From contig JASFYO010000019.1 of the NCBI GenBank assembly GCA_045047305.1, positions 5,405 to 69,404 of the forward strand: a stretch of DNA of 64,000 bases, given 5' to 3'. Below are positions 28,840 to 38,936 of this stretch, piece after piece; the stretch's first letter is position 1, and each line of letters starts with the position of its first letter. A program made the position numbers and the translations under genes. This DNA is from Planctomycetota bacterium (GTDB taxonomy: Bacteria > Planctomycetota > UBA1135). A model generated the notes under the pieces. The model was not told where the DNA came from. It did no database searches and saw only the letters and a list, made by a program, of their open reading frames with translations.

Positions 28840-29856
28840 ATGAAATACCTCATCATCTGCCTTCTTTCATTGGGTGCTTGCACAGCACCACAAGCGAATA
28901 CCAAGCAAGCCTCGACCGGGTTTTTTGGTGGAAGCGTTAAGGCTCCGGTAATCCCGGATAACTATCAGCAGTGGCTTGACGGTTTACCCTCGCAAGAAAA
29001 CGAGGCAAGCAAACCGTTCCAGGCGGACTTCGCCGGCAAAATGGTGTTGGATATACCGCAAGAAGGCGTGCAGGTGGAAGTTCAAATCAGTGGCTCGGTT
29101 GAATACGCAGATCTGCGCCATTTCCGCGAAATCGTTGAGTTCCATGTAGATCTCGGTGATCTACCTGGCAAAATGCCGATGGGCCCCTTCCGGGTGAGTT
29201 TGCATATGAATGCAGATGGCGAGTCTTTACACGTCAGTCCTAATTTTCATCAAGACTGGCTCTATGCCATGATTCAGGGCGCCAACATGGGCTTTGAGAA
29301 AATGGTATTCACCTTAGACCTCGATACCCTGGAGGAAATGCTCGCAGTCTATTGGGAGTATTTCGACAATGCCGACATTGATTTGGCGGGTTTACTCCCT
29401 GAAGGAATGAGCACGGAAGAGTTCTTTTCTCGAGGCATTAACCCCGCCGCTTGGGCAAGACTGTATTTACTGACGGCCGATATTTCTAACTTCCGCGTGG
29501 ACTCCGGTGAGGTCCATGTCACTGCAAAGCTAAAAGATGAATGGATGAATGGGATGATGATGGCGGATCCCAACGCGCGGGCGATGATGGAAGACATGTC
29601 CTATGAGATATGCTTTGATCGGTATTCAGGAATTCCAACCAGCATGGGGTTGTCGTTGAAAGCGGACGGCTTTTCGATGAACGGGTCCATCGAGTTCCTT
29701 GATTTCATGGTAGGCGATGGTCTTTTCCCATCGGATCACTTTCAGCATGAAAGCACCCAAGGTCGTACTTTGTTTCCAGTTGACACGTTCATGCAGATGG
29801 GGCTTGGCGCCATGCAAGGGCAAATGGAAGAAGACGACGAAGACATTCCGTTTTAA
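28840..29856 (+). CDS. Lipoprotein, LolA-like paralogue 2
   Basis: Lipobox LSLGAC, MNADGESLHV and FPSDHFQH. Ends EEDDEDIPF. Confidence 0.6.
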   Translation: MKYLIICLLSLGACTAPQANTKQASTGFFGGSVKAPVIPDNYQQWLDGLPSQENEASKPFQADFAGKMVLDIPQEGVQVEVQISGSVEYADLRHFREIVEFHVDLGDLPGKMPMGPFRVSLHMNADGESLHVSPNFHQDWLYAMIQGANMGFEKMVFTLDLDTLEEMLAVYWEYFDNADIDLAGLLPEGMSTEEFFSRGINPAAWARLYLLTADISNFRVDSGEVHVTAKLKDEWMNGMMMADPNARAMMEDMSYEICFDRYSGIPTSMGLSLKADGFSMNGSIEFLDFMVGDGLFPSDHFQHESTQGRTLFPVDTFMQMGLGAMQGQMEEDDEDIPF

Positions 29857-29868
29857 CCCCGCAATAAC

Positions 29869-30888
29869 ATGATCATTTTTTCTACGATTGTCCTGGCATC
29901 CCCATTTCTGATTCAGGAGCCAGGTCTTGATATTCCTTTTACCCTAAGTGGAGAAGAAGCCAAAGCGGCTTTTCTGGAATGGACTAGCGGGCTTCCTTCC
30001 GATATGGAGTACCCCGCGCAAATGTCTATTGAGATGAGCATGGGGATGGAGGTGCCAGATGGTTTAGACCACAGCGTTCAAATCGACCTGCGCATGAACT
30101 CTTTGTCCGATAGCCCAGAGTCCTTACGCACATGGGGAGAATTTTCTTTGCAGGGAGATATCGGTGGCAGCTTGGATTGGACATTTGATTTTCAAGTGGG
30201 TACCGATGAAAATGGATTACGTATTTTGATAGATGACCGTGGCTCCCTTATGGATGCTTTCGGTATTCATACGCCCAAGGCGATGCAGTTGTCTGCCGAC
30301 CGCTTAGGAAAGGTATCAGAGTTGTATTTGCAGCTTTTTGAATCCATGCCGACTGTTTACGGAGAGGAAATGCTTCAGATGTTTCGCTCCATTGAAGGCC
30401 CGGGAGCCCTCATGCATCCTTCTCTGTGGTCGCGTTATTTGATCCAAACGGAGGGATGGAAGATTGATGGCTGGGGAACGGAAGATGGGCTCGCACACAT
30501 TCGCCTTGCTTTAGATCCAGCGGCAATGACGAAAGCGATGCAAGCGCAAGGCCTGGAGATGGACTCCTCCATTTTTGAAGGCACCTTCACTGATATTGTG
30601 GTTTCCTTGGAAGGAGGGGAAATTCTGCTCTGGGAGATGGAAATGGAAATGCCCATAAACCTTGGAGCAGGAGAAAACAGTGGAGAAATGGCTTTACGCA
30701 TGGAGATGAAATCGGTTCCAGTTTCAGTCAACGCTCCGCTCATCCTTTTGCCGTTCGAGGGCACCATGGACCTGAATCCCCATTTCGATACTTACTTTCC
30801 GATGATGGAAAGCATCATGCTGATGGCCGTCGAACAAGCCAAATCGGCGCAAGGCGAAATTGAATCAGAAGACGACTTCGACTTCTAA
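29869..30888 (+). CDS. Exported protein, LolA-like paralogue 3
   Basis: Short hydrophobic N-terminus. Shares W(T/L)xGLPS and PxxWxR motifs with paralogue 2. Ends EDDFDF. Confidence 0.55.
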   Translation: MIIFSTIVLASPFLIQEPGLDIPFTLSGEEAKAAFLEWTSGLPSDMEYPAQMSIEMSMGMEVPDGLDHSVQIDLRMNSLSDSPESLRTWGEFSLQGDIGGSLDWTFDFQVGTDENGLRILIDDRGSLMDAFGIHTPKAMQLSADRLGKVSELYLQLFESMPTVYGEEMLQMFRSIEGPGALMHPSLWSRYLIQTEGWKIDGWGTEDGLAHIRLALDPAAMTKAMQAQGLEMDSSIFEGTFTDIVVSLEGGEILLWEMEMEMPINLGAGENSGEMALRMEMKSVPVSVNAPLILLPFEGTMDLNPHFDTYFPMMESIMLMAVEQAKSAQGEIESEDDFDF

Positions 30889-31997
30889 GCTTTAGCGTTT
30901 GCGCAAATAGCGGGCTCCACGGCAGCCCACACTTTTTCTGCGACCGCGCGCCAAGTGAATCGGCTGGAGCGTGCACGTCCGAGAGCAGAGAGCTCTTGGC
31001 GTAGCGGCCCATCTTCTACGAGGCGGAAGAGCTGTTTGGCAATCGATTTGTCGTCGGCGGGGTCGCAGTACAAAACAGCATCTCCACAAACCTCTGGGAG
31101 CGAGGTCGTGTTACTGCTGATGACAGGGCACCCAAGCAACATGGCCTCTCCAGGAGGCAGGCCCCAGCCTTCGTAAAAGGATGGATAAATGAAGCCCAAA
31201 GCGTTTTCATAAAGCGCACGTAACTCCTCGTCGGTGACGCGCCCGACATGAAGGGCATTTTCTGGGAGCGAGTCAATGCCGTCTTCCCCCTCGAAAACTC
31301 GTGGGTTGGTGCCGCCTGCAATGACAAGTGGCACGCGTACGTCGGCAAGCTTCATCGCGCGTAGGATGGCGGCGAAGTTTTTGTTCGGGTTCAAACTGCT
31401 AACGGCAAGCAAGAAACCGTCGTGCGACAGGTCATGACGTTGCAAAATTCCTTCATCTGGGGCGATGCGTAATACGTGCTCATGACCAGCGCCCGTGACC
31501 GTGATTTGGTCGAGCGGGATTCCAAAATACTTGTGGATCTCTTGCGCTGTACTCTCTGAGAGCGCGAACAAAACTTTGGCATTGTGAGAGGCTCGTGGAA
31601 GGATCCACTGATACACGCGATTGAACATCGCGGTATGTGTTTCTGGACGCGCAATCGGTTGCAAATCTTGAATCTGCACCGACATATTGCGATGCTTCGC
31701 CGGCGCCGTGTTCTTCAGGTTCATCAAGAACCCTTTGGCCGCGAAAGGCAGTACGAACTGTTCCCACAGATGAGAGTTCAGCGGACCTTTCACTTTCAAA
31801 GATAGATGCCGATACTCTGGCAAGTCTTGTGGCTGCTTCGGCGACAGCAACTGAAAGCGAAACTTGCTGCCATCGATGCTGCCATCTTCCACCATGGCAT
31901 CGAATTCGCGCAGAACTTCCCGACCCCAGCGCTGCAGACCAGTGAGCGGTTCGGTCAGGAACCGCGCATTGATAAAGACTGGGATTGGATGCGCCAC
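30885..31997 (-). CDS. Glycosyltransferase family 4
   Basis: INARFL...TGLQR, PNKNF and YPSFYEGWGLPPGEAM (EX7E) motifs. GTG start at 31997. Confidence 0.92.
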   Translation of the reverse strand: MAHPIPVFINARFLTEPLTGLQRWGREVLREFDAMVEDGSIDGSKFRFQLLSPKQPQDLPEYRHLSLKVKGPLNSHLWEQFVLPFAAKGFLMNLKNTAPAKHRNMSVQIQDLQPIARPETHTAMFNRVYQWILPRASHNAKVLFALSESTAQEIHKYFGIPLDQITVTGAGHEHVLRIAPDEGILQRHDLSHDGFLLAVSSLNPNKNFAAILRAMKLADVRVPLVIAGGTNPRVFEGEDGIDSLPENALHVGRVTDEELRALYENALGFIYPSFYEGWGLPPGEAMLLGCPVISSNTTSLPEVCGDAVLYCDPADDKSIAKQLFRLVEDGPLRQELSALGRARSSRFTWRAVAEKVWAAVEPAICANAKA

Positions 31998-32005
31998 GAA
32001 AGAGT

Positions 32006-32740
32006 TTATGCCACGTCTGGCGGCGCTGCAGCAAGAATACGGTCCTGCATTTCGCGTACAGCCTGATCGAGGCCTGAATAAATCGAACGGCAAATGATGG
32101 AGTAGCCAATGTTCAGCTCCTCGATCCAAGGTAGCTGTGCAATCGGCAACACATTGTCGTAATCCAGCCCATGTCCCGCATTGACGCGCAGTCCAAGTTC
32201 ATGCGCATAGTTCGCTGCAGTTTCTAATCGCTTCAACTCGTTTTCTCGGTTCTGACCGCGAGCGTTGGCGTAAGTCCCCGTGTGCAGCTCGACATAATCG
32301 GCACCGGCACGGGCTGCGCTTTCCAGGGCGTCGGGGTTGGGGTCGATAAACAAGCTGACCTCAATTCCGGCATCGTGCAGCTGCGCCATCTCTTCGCCGA
32401 GGCTTTGTTCATACTGCGCAACATCAAGCCCACCTTCTGTCGTGAGCTCTTCGCGCTGCTCGGGAACCACGCAAATCTGCTGCGGCTTCAGCTCCAGCGC
32501 AAAGTGGAGCATGTCCTCGGTCCAAGCCATTTCCAAATTAAGGAGGGTCTTCACCGTCTCTTTCAGAATACGCACGTCGCGTTCTTGGATATGGCGGCGG
32601 TCCTCGCGCAGATGCACGGTGATACCGTTGGCGCCAGCAAGTTCACAGATGCCGGCGGCAATGACGGGATCCGGTTCTTGAGAGAGACGGGCTTGTCGCA
32701 GAGTGGCGACATGATCGATGTTCACGTGGAGTCGTGGCAT
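32006..32740 (-). CDS. pdxJ: Pyridoxine 5'-phosphate synthase
   Basis: [32 protein letters not shown] and NAGHGL. Confidence 0.97.
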   Translation of the reverse strand: MPRLHVNIDHVATLRQARLSQEPDPVIAAGICELAGANGITVHLREDRRHIQERDVRILKETVKTLLNLEMAWTEDMLHFALELKPQQICVVPEQREELTTEGGLDVAQYEQSLGEEMAQLHDAGIEVSLFIDPNPDALESAARAGADYVELHTGTYANARGQNRENELKRLETAANYAHELGLRVNAGHGLDYDNVLPIAQLPWIEELNIGYSIICRSIYSGLDQAVREMQDRILAAAPPDVA

Positions 32741-32748
32741 GGCGCGCG

Positions 32749-32755
32749 TATTCTA
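32749..32755. promoter_or_regulatory. Overlapping divergent -10 hexamers between pdxJ and rsmD
   Basis: TATTCTA reads TATTCT on + and TAGAAT on -. Each hexamer is 9 nt from its ATG. Confidence 0.65.
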
Positions 32756-32763
32756 GCCCTTCC

Positions 32764-33339
32764 ATGCTGCGTATCACTGCCGGAGAGTTTCGCGGCCGTC
32801 GGCTTAAGGTGCCGAAGGTCGAAGCGACCCGCCCCCTCGTCGAGCGGGCGCGGGAGGGACTGTTCAATCACTTGCAGGAGCTGGTGGACGATGCCGTGGT
32901 CTGGGACATCTACGCGGGAAGCGGGATTTTGGGCTTAGAGGCACTTTCGCGTGGAGCCGGAACCGTCTTAGCGGTGGAGTACAGCCGTGATGCCATCCTC
33001 CAAATCGAAGAAAACGCAGCCTTGCTTGGAGTTAAGGATCGTCATCGTTGCCTGCGGGGGGATGTCTATCGCCTTCCCGGCATGAAAGGCCTGGGCCCAG
33101 CCCCAGATTTGGTGTTTTTTGACCCTCCTTATGACGATTTCCGCAAAGGGGGCACGCGGCGCACCAAAGTGTGGCAGTTATTTCTCGACTTAGCTGCGAT
33201 GACCGCGCCTGGTGGTTGCGTCGTCGCGCACACACCACGCGGTATCCTGGTAGAACGTGAGTTGGGGTCGCTTCCAGGTTTGGAGCGCCGCGACTACAGC
33301 AACACTTCTCTCTACTGGTGGCATAAGCCCCAAGCATGA
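32764..33339 (+). CDS. rsmD: 16S rRNA m2G966 methyltransferase family
   Basis: MLRITAGEFRGRRL, TRP...REGLFN, DIYAGSGILGLEALSRGA and FDPPY. Confidence 0.9.
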   Translation: MLRITAGEFRGRRLKVPKVEATRPLVERAREGLFNHLQELVDDAVVWDIYAGSGILGLEALSRGAGTVLAVEYSRDAILQIEENAALLGVKDRHRCLRGDVYRLPGMKGLGPAPDLVFFDPPYDDFRKGGTRRTKVWQLFLDLAAMTAPGGCVVAHTPRGILVERELGSLPGLERRDYSNTSLYWWHKPQA

Positions 33340-34484
33340 AGCGCGGCATACAGGCACAACTTTGGAACGGACGCAGCTTTGCGCCGGGTTGGCTGACGTG
33401 GAAGTCTGGCTGCTTTGAGGAAGTTTCCTTTCAAGCGCCGTCATCGAAGCAGAAAGCGCTTCTTCACGACCTTGGCCAAAGCTGCGTCCTACCCGGATTT
33501 GTTGACACTCTCTTGCACGGTTATGCCGGAGTGGATTGTGGCGACGGATCCGTCAAAGACTTACAACGTATGTCCCGCGCTTTGGCCGCTACCGGCGTGA
33601 CTTCAGCGTTGGCTGGGTTCTATCCCATCGACTCCTCAAAGCTTCGTAGCGCCGCAAAACGCTGGGGCAAGTGGAGGCAAGATCGCGGTACCGCGCGTAC
33701 TCGCTTCACTGGCTGGCATCTCGAGGGTCCTTTTCTCTCGCCAAAATTGCGTGGCGCCTTGCCGCGCAAGGACTTGCTGAAGCCAAGCGTTGCTCATGCA
33801 CAAAAGTTAATTCAGGCTTGCGGCGGATGGCTGCGCGTTTGCACCTTGGCCCCCGAGATGAAGAGCATTCACGAGGCGGTGGGGGTGTTTCACGCAGCCA
33901 GGGTGCTGCCTTCGATTGGGCACACGGCGGCAACTTATGCCGATTGCGAGGCCCTCGCTTCCACGGGTGATTGCGCCATCACCCACATGGGGAACCGACT
34001 TCCGCCCTTGTCGGCGCGCGAGCCAGGGCCGATCGGTTTTGCCATGGCGGGCAAGGCTTCTTGGGTTGGCGTGATACCAGATTTGGAGCACGTCGCGGGA
34101 GAGACTTTGCGTTTGTGGGCAAAAACTGCGGCCATGAAAAACACGCTGATGGCAACCTCGGACAATCTGTCCTTTGCAGGATTACCCGCCGAAAGTTTTA
34201 GTGCGGGCGGAAAAAAACTTCATCGGCGCGGGGCTGTAGCTGTCGATGCAAAGGATCATCTCGCAGGCACCTTGGATGCTTTGCCCGAACAACTATTGCA
34301 TGCGCACCGTTGTGGTTTTCTCAGTTTGCCCGACGTCGTCCGTATCGGATGCCGGAATCCGGGCAGCCTCATCGGCGATTGTGGCAATCTTGCGGTTGGG
34401 GAGAGGGCTGATTTTGTCATCTTGGAAGATGACCAAACGATTGGCCCTGTGTGGATTGGTGGGCGCCGAGTGGTGGGGGCTTGA
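33336..34484 (+). CDS. nagA: N-acetylglucosamine-6-phosphate deacetylase
   Basis: PGFVDxxxHG, HLEGPF, TLAPE, SIGHT, THMGN and LAG motifs. Confidence 0.85.
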   Translation: MKRGIQAQLWNGRSFAPGWLTWKSGCFEEVSFQAPSSKQKALLHDLGQSCVLPGFVDTLLHGYAGVDCGDGSVKDLQRMSRALAATGVTSALAGFYPIDSSKLRSAAKRWGKWRQDRGTARTRFTGWHLEGPFLSPKLRGALPRKDLLKPSVAHAQKLIQACGGWLRVCTLAPEMKSIHEAVGVFHAARVLPSIGHTAATYADCEALASTGDCAITHMGNRLPPLSAREPGPIGFAMAGKASWVGVIPDLEHVAGETLRLWAKTAAMKNTLMATSDNLSFAGLPAESFSAGGKKLHRRGAVAVDAKDHLAGTLDALPEQLLHAHRCGFLSLPDVVRIGCRNPGSLIGDCGNLAVGERADFVILEDDQTIGPVWIGGRRVVGA

Positions 34485-34960
34485 TGGCCAAGGAGCATCC
34501 ACTTGACCGCGAGCGAGGCAACATTGCAGCGCTGTTGCGTGATTGGCCCCCGGGCCAGATCGAGAGTGTGATTACACAGCAGCTCTATCTTTGGGGTGCT
34601 GAAAATCTTTCCGACAAGCTTCAATGGTGTTGGAATCCAAGGCTGCGCACCACCATTGGACGCGCCTTTTTAGAGGAAGGGAAGCTGGAGTTGAATCCAC
34701 TGCTCTTAGGTCGCCACCCCGAAGAAATGCGCGGAGTGGTGATCCATGAGTTAGCTCATTTAGTGGTGACGGCGCGTTATGGATTGCGCGTAGCCCCACA
34801 TGGAGCGGAGTGGAAAAACCTCATGCGCTTGGCAGGAGAATCGACTAGTGCGACACATAGTTTGAATGTGGAAGGCTTACGCGCCCCTCGCCGGCGTAGA
34901 GCTAGAAGGCGGACCGTTCGGATTGCCGGGATTTCTTGGCTTCGGCCGCGAAAAAAATGA
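34484..34960 (+). CDS. SprT-like zinc metalloprotease
   Basis: WNPRLRTTIGRA, HELAH and PHGAEWK. Confidence 0.85.
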   Translation: MAKEHPLDRERGNIAALLRDWPPGQIESVITQQLYLWGAENLSDKLQWCWNPRLRTTIGRAFLEEGKLELNPLLLGRHPEEMRGVVIHELAHLVVTARYGLRVAPHGAEWKNLMRLAGESTSATHSLNVEGLRAPRRRRARRRTVRIAGISWLRPRKK

Positions 34961-35007
34961 AGGGGAGCCGGAGAGCGCGGCAACAGATGGGCATGGGAGA
35001 GAAGTCC

Positions 35008-37899
35008 ATGTCTATCGAACTTGAGGAAGTGTCTGGCCAGCTGGATTGGCTACAAGCTTTGGCAGTCTCGATAGTGGCGGATCAGCAGGCCGCGGAAGAC
35101 TTGGTTCAGCATGCTTTACAGGCGGCGACTTCCAAAATGGATTGGCAGCCAGGACGGCTGAAGCCATGGTTGGTGGGAACGGTTCGCAATATGGCGCGTC
35201 AATATTTCCGCACCGAATCGCGCCGCCGGCAGCGGGAGCAGCGAGTGGTTGCGGCGGCCGAAGATCGGGCAAGGGTTGTGCGCGGCGGGTCGTCGACAGC
35301 GCTCCCGGAAGAGTTGGCCGAGCAGGTGGAGAGCCAGAAGTTACTTTCTTCTGCGGTTTTAGATTTGCAGGAGCCTTATCGAGAAACCATTTTACTCTTT
35401 TACTATGGCAACCAAACGCAACAGCAAATTGCTGATGCACAAAATGTCAGTGTGCGTACGGTAGAAACTCGTTTGCGGCGTGCGCGGAAAAGCATACGCG
35501 GTCGTTTGGTGAGCCAATATGGAAAGGAGAGTTGGGCTTTCGCACTACTCCCGCTGCTGAAGCGCCTTCCGCCTCCGCAAATGCTACCTCCAATTTCTGT
35601 GGCAGGACCAGGAAGCTTGGGTGGAGGGTGGTGGGCTATAGCGGGCCTCACTTTGGCGGTTGGGGGATGGAGTTGGCTTGCCCAAGGTGCAGAGCCGTTG
35701 TCGCATCAACCACTTGTGAATCTCACCGAGTCCGCCCCGGCCCACGAGATAGGGGCCAAATCGGACGTTTCGCGTAGCCTGCTTGTGGCGGAGAACGATG
35801 AAGGCGAAACCGCTGGCAAGGCGGACCTTTTGGATTCCCAAGAGTTTGTTTTCGAAGAAAGGGGAACGGGCGTTGGTCTAGGCGGGCTTCGCTTACGTTT
35901 ACTGTTCCTGCGCCCGGCGAATAGCGAACAGAGACTGCATGTGGAAGATCCGCAATTCTTTCAGCCGAAGGACCGGATTTGGTGGAAGCTTGGCGAGGCG
36001 GTGCAAGTGAGCGATGCCGATGGCCGAGTGCGCTTTGAACTACCCGCCGCAGCAACCCACCTGATGCTAGATCTGAATGTCCATAGTCCAACTCACAGCC
36101 TTGCTGGCTACAGTCAGCAATTCAAAGCTTTCCCCCACGTCAAGATTGCTGGCTATCCACTGCCATTGGAAATGGTGCGCCGCACGGGTGTGGCTAGTGG
36201 GTATGTTTTGGATCAAGGAGACAACCCCCTGGCCGATGTCCTGGTCGATGTTTTTTTTGATGCGCCACAGAAGTTGAGTGCGAACCCCGTAATAACTATC
36301 CCTACCGAGGCGGACGGAAGTTTTCGTATTCCCAATATCGCATGTGATCAGGGTGGCTTTCGATTACGGCCACGCGGGATCGGTTATGCATCTTTGCGCT
36401 CCTTGCGCATGCAAAGATACGCTGGATTTGGGGTGGATTACCCTGGAATCAGTTTGCTGTTAGTTGATGGCAGCCAAAGCACACAAGTGGAAGTGAAGAA
36501 TGAAGAAGGTCTTCCTTTACCTGGAGTGAGGGTGGAGGCCACGATGCCAAAACTTAGGGAGGCGGATTTAAGTTTTGAATTTGGCACCTATTTGAATGGT
36601 TGGTCGGCCTCGGGTGTTACCAACGAAAATGGTATAGCGTTGCTTCAGGGAATCCCCACGGGTGAGATTCTGTGGTCCGCGCATCACCCGAACTACCTCC
36701 CCACATCCCAGTTGGAATCGATGGCACATGCGAGCCTTGGCTTAACTCTGCATCCAGGGCACACGGAACATTTTGAGGTGCGCAATGCTTTGGGCCCGGT
36801 GCAAGGCGCGGTGATTGGTATGTACTCCAAATCAACGCGTCGTACTGCAGTGACCGATGCGGAAGGTAAGGCCACATTGCTTGGGCTTCCGACCGATGAG
36901 CTCATGCATTCGACGGTATCCCACCCAGACTTTGCGCTGTGGCAACAATCCAGCACCGCATTTCTGGCTGGGGAGCACGTCACCACCGTATCGATGCAAG
37001 CCGGGCACTCCATTTCTGGAAAAGTGGAATGGAATGCGCAGGCTCCGGGACTTCAAGGAGAACGCCCGCGCGTGTTCATTCGCCCGCTATCCGCAAGCCC
37101 ACTCATCGCTTTTCCCGTGTCTGCAAACCAACGACCCGATAGCGGATGGTGGCAAGTGGTGGGGCTCGATGAAACGACGGTGGATGAAGACGGAAGCTTC
37201 TCTTTTGTCGGCCTCCCTGACACGGAAGTGGAATTGTGGTTCGGCCTACGTCGGCGCCCTCTGGGATTCGCTCAAGCGCACAGTGGCGATTCCGATGTCC
37301 TGCTTTCTTTTGCAAGCGGCATGGCGGATAAGGCCAGCATCGATGTACATGTCTTCGATGAACTGAGCGGGCGACCAGTTACCACTCACTACCTGTTCTG
37401 GACTAACCTCGATGGTGATCAGCCCATCACTTTGCCCGCTGTAATCGTGAATGATGCCGACGGCCGCTACCGTCATTTCGGGCTGGAACCGGGTCTTTGG
37501 ACCCTCACCGCCTGGGCGCCGCAAGGGTTTACCACTCGGCGCTTGAACCCACGACGCATTGGCCCCGGCCCTCAAGCCATAGAGATCCCACTTGCCGCAG
37601 CTCGGAGTTTGCGTTTGCGCTTCGTCGATTCCTTCGGCTGGCCACTTGAAGGTGTGGAAGTCTCAGCGCTTGCGCAGGATGGAGGGGTGCTATTACAAGG
37701 CGGATTGCTTGGCGGCGGCTTTCGAACCTGGTCCAGCACCAATGCCCAAGGCCAAGTGGCGATGAGTCATATTCCCAAGACGCAGCCCTATGACTTGAGT
37801 TGCAAGTATCAAGGCCGGAATTACCGTTTCGCTATGCCCGGAGCCCAGGTGGAGGGGGCTTTGCACGAGTTGATTTTGCCCATTTCCAAAGACGACTGA
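35008..37899 (+). CDS. ECF sigma factor fused via a TM helix to repeated carboxypeptidase-regulatory-like beta domains
   Basis: AEDLVQ...WLVGTVRN and IADAQNVSVRTVETRLRRAR, TM WWAIAGLTLAVGGWSWL, then repeats of G.PL.GV.V and (T/S)DADGRF. Confidence 0.85.
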   Translation: MSIELEEVSGQLDWLQALAVSIVADQQAAEDLVQHALQAATSKMDWQPGRLKPWLVGTVRNMARQYFRTESRRRQREQRVVAAAEDRARVVRGGSSTALPEELAEQVESQKLLSSAVLDLQEPYRETILLFYYGNQTQQQIADAQNVSVRTVETRLRRARKSIRGRLVSQYGKESWAFALLPLLKRLPPPQMLPPISVAGPGSLGGGWWAIAGLTLAVGGWSWLAQGAEPLSHQPLVNLTESAPAHEIGAKSDVSRSLLVAENDEGETAGKADLLDSQEFVFEERGTGVGLGGLRLRLLFLRPANSEQRLHVEDPQFFQPKDRIWWKLGEAVQVSDADGRVRFELPAAATHLMLDLNVHSPTHSLAGYSQQFKAFPHVKIAGYPLPLEMVRRTGVASGYVLDQGDNPLADVLVDVFFDAPQKLSANPVITIPTEADGSFRIPNIACDQGGFRLRPRGIGYASLRSLRMQRYAGFGVDYPGISLLLVDGSQSTQVEVKNEEGLPLPGVRVEATMPKLREADLSFEFGTYLNGWSASGVTNENGIALLQGIPTGEILWSAHHPNYLPTSQLESMAHASLGLTLHPGHTEHFEVRNALGPVQGAVIGMYSKSTRRTAVTDAEGKATLLGLPTDELMHSTVSHPDFALWQQSSTAFLAGEHVTTVSMQAGHSISGKVEWNAQAPGLQGERPRVFIRPLSASPLIAFPVSANQRPDSGWWQVVGLDETTVDEDGSFSFVGLPDTEVELWFGLRRRPLGFAQAHSGDSDVLLSFASGMADKASIDVHVFDELSGRPVTTHYLFWTNLDGDQPITLPAVIVNDADGRYRHFGLEPGLWTLTAWAPQGFTTRRLNPRRIGPGPQAIEIPLAAARSLRLRFVDSFGWPLEGVEVSALAQDGGVLLQGGLLGGGFRTWSSTNAQGQVAMSHIPKTQPYDLSCKYQGRNYRFAMPGAQVEGALHELILPISKDD

Positions 37900-37952
37900 A
37901 TCGCAACCATCTAAGAGCGCAGGATTTCCATTGGGTGGTAAGATACGGGGCT

Positions 37953-38936
37953 ATGGTAGTCAACCATTCGCCCTTGGAACCGCTCTTTTTCCACCGCATC
38001 TTGAAAGAAAAGGTGTGGGGAGGGAATAGCTTGTCCAAAACCCTCGGCTTAGACCTTCCCTTTGAAGGTCCACTGGGCGAGACCTGGGAGTTAAGCGACT
38101 ATCCTGGTGAAGAAACGACGGTGCGCGGCGGAGCTCAAGATGGCATTAGTCTGCGCGCCCTGATGGAGCAAGATGCAGCGGCCTTGCTCGGTCGGTCTCG
38201 CCCTTCGGCAGATGGCCGCTTTCCTTTGTTGGTGAAATTTATCGACGCCGGCGACGACCTCAGCGTACAAATCCACCCTGCCGACGGGCCGCAGTCTCCA
38301 ACTGGAGTCGGCAAGACCGAAGCTTGGTACATCTTGGATCAGGAGCCGGGATCGGGAGTGATTTGTGGGCTAAAGCCTGGCACCCCAAGGGAAATTTTTG
38401 AGGCTGAAGCCGGCGATAAACGGGTACGTGATCACCTGGCCGAAATCGAGGTCAAGCGTGGCGATTGCGTTTTCGTGCCTTCTGGTCAAACCCATGCGAT
38501 TCGCGCTGGCGTGGTTTTATGCGAAGTCCAGCAAACCTCAGATGTTACCTATCGCATGTACGATTGGGATCGGCTTGGCTTGGATGGTCAACCGCGTGAC
38601 ATTCATTTGCAGCAAGCTTTAGAAGTCGTGGATTACGATTTAGGTCCTGCAATACCAACGCACGCCGAGTTTGAAGACCAATCCGGTTTGCAAAAGCAGG
38701 ATTTGGCAAGCTGCGATTATTTTAAGTTGAGCGCCTTGCAGGTAGGCGCTGAAGGTGGAGTGTTGGAAACCAACGGTTTCGCACATACCTTGGCCGTGGT
38801 TGGTGGAAGCGGGAGCTTGGATTCCCGCACTCTGAATTACGGGGATACCGTTTTGGTACCCGGTAGTTTGGGGCAAGTTCGTTTAGTTGGGAGCGGTGCC
38901 GCTCCTCTTGAGATTTTGATGGGAGTAGCGCTGTAA
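37953..38936 (+). CDS. manA: Type I mannose-6-phosphate isomerase
   Basis: KVWGG, GETWE, FPLLVKFIDA..DLSVQIHP, GKTEAWY and EVQQTSDVTYRMYD. Confidence 0.9.
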   Translation: MVVNHSPLEPLFFHRILKEKVWGGNSLSKTLGLDLPFEGPLGETWELSDYPGEETTVRGGAQDGISLRALMEQDAAALLGRSRPSADGRFPLLVKFIDAGDDLSVQIHPADGPQSPTGVGKTEAWYILDQEPGSGVICGLKPGTPREIFEAEAGDKRVRDHLAEIEVKRGDCVFVPSGQTHAIRAGVVLCEVQQTSDVTYRMYDWDRLGLDGQPRDIHLQQALEVVDYDLGPAIPTHAEFEDQSGLQKQDLASCDYFKLSALQVGAEGGVLETNGFAHTLAVVGGSGSLDSRTLNYGDTVLVPGSLGQVRLVGSGAAPLEILMGVAL

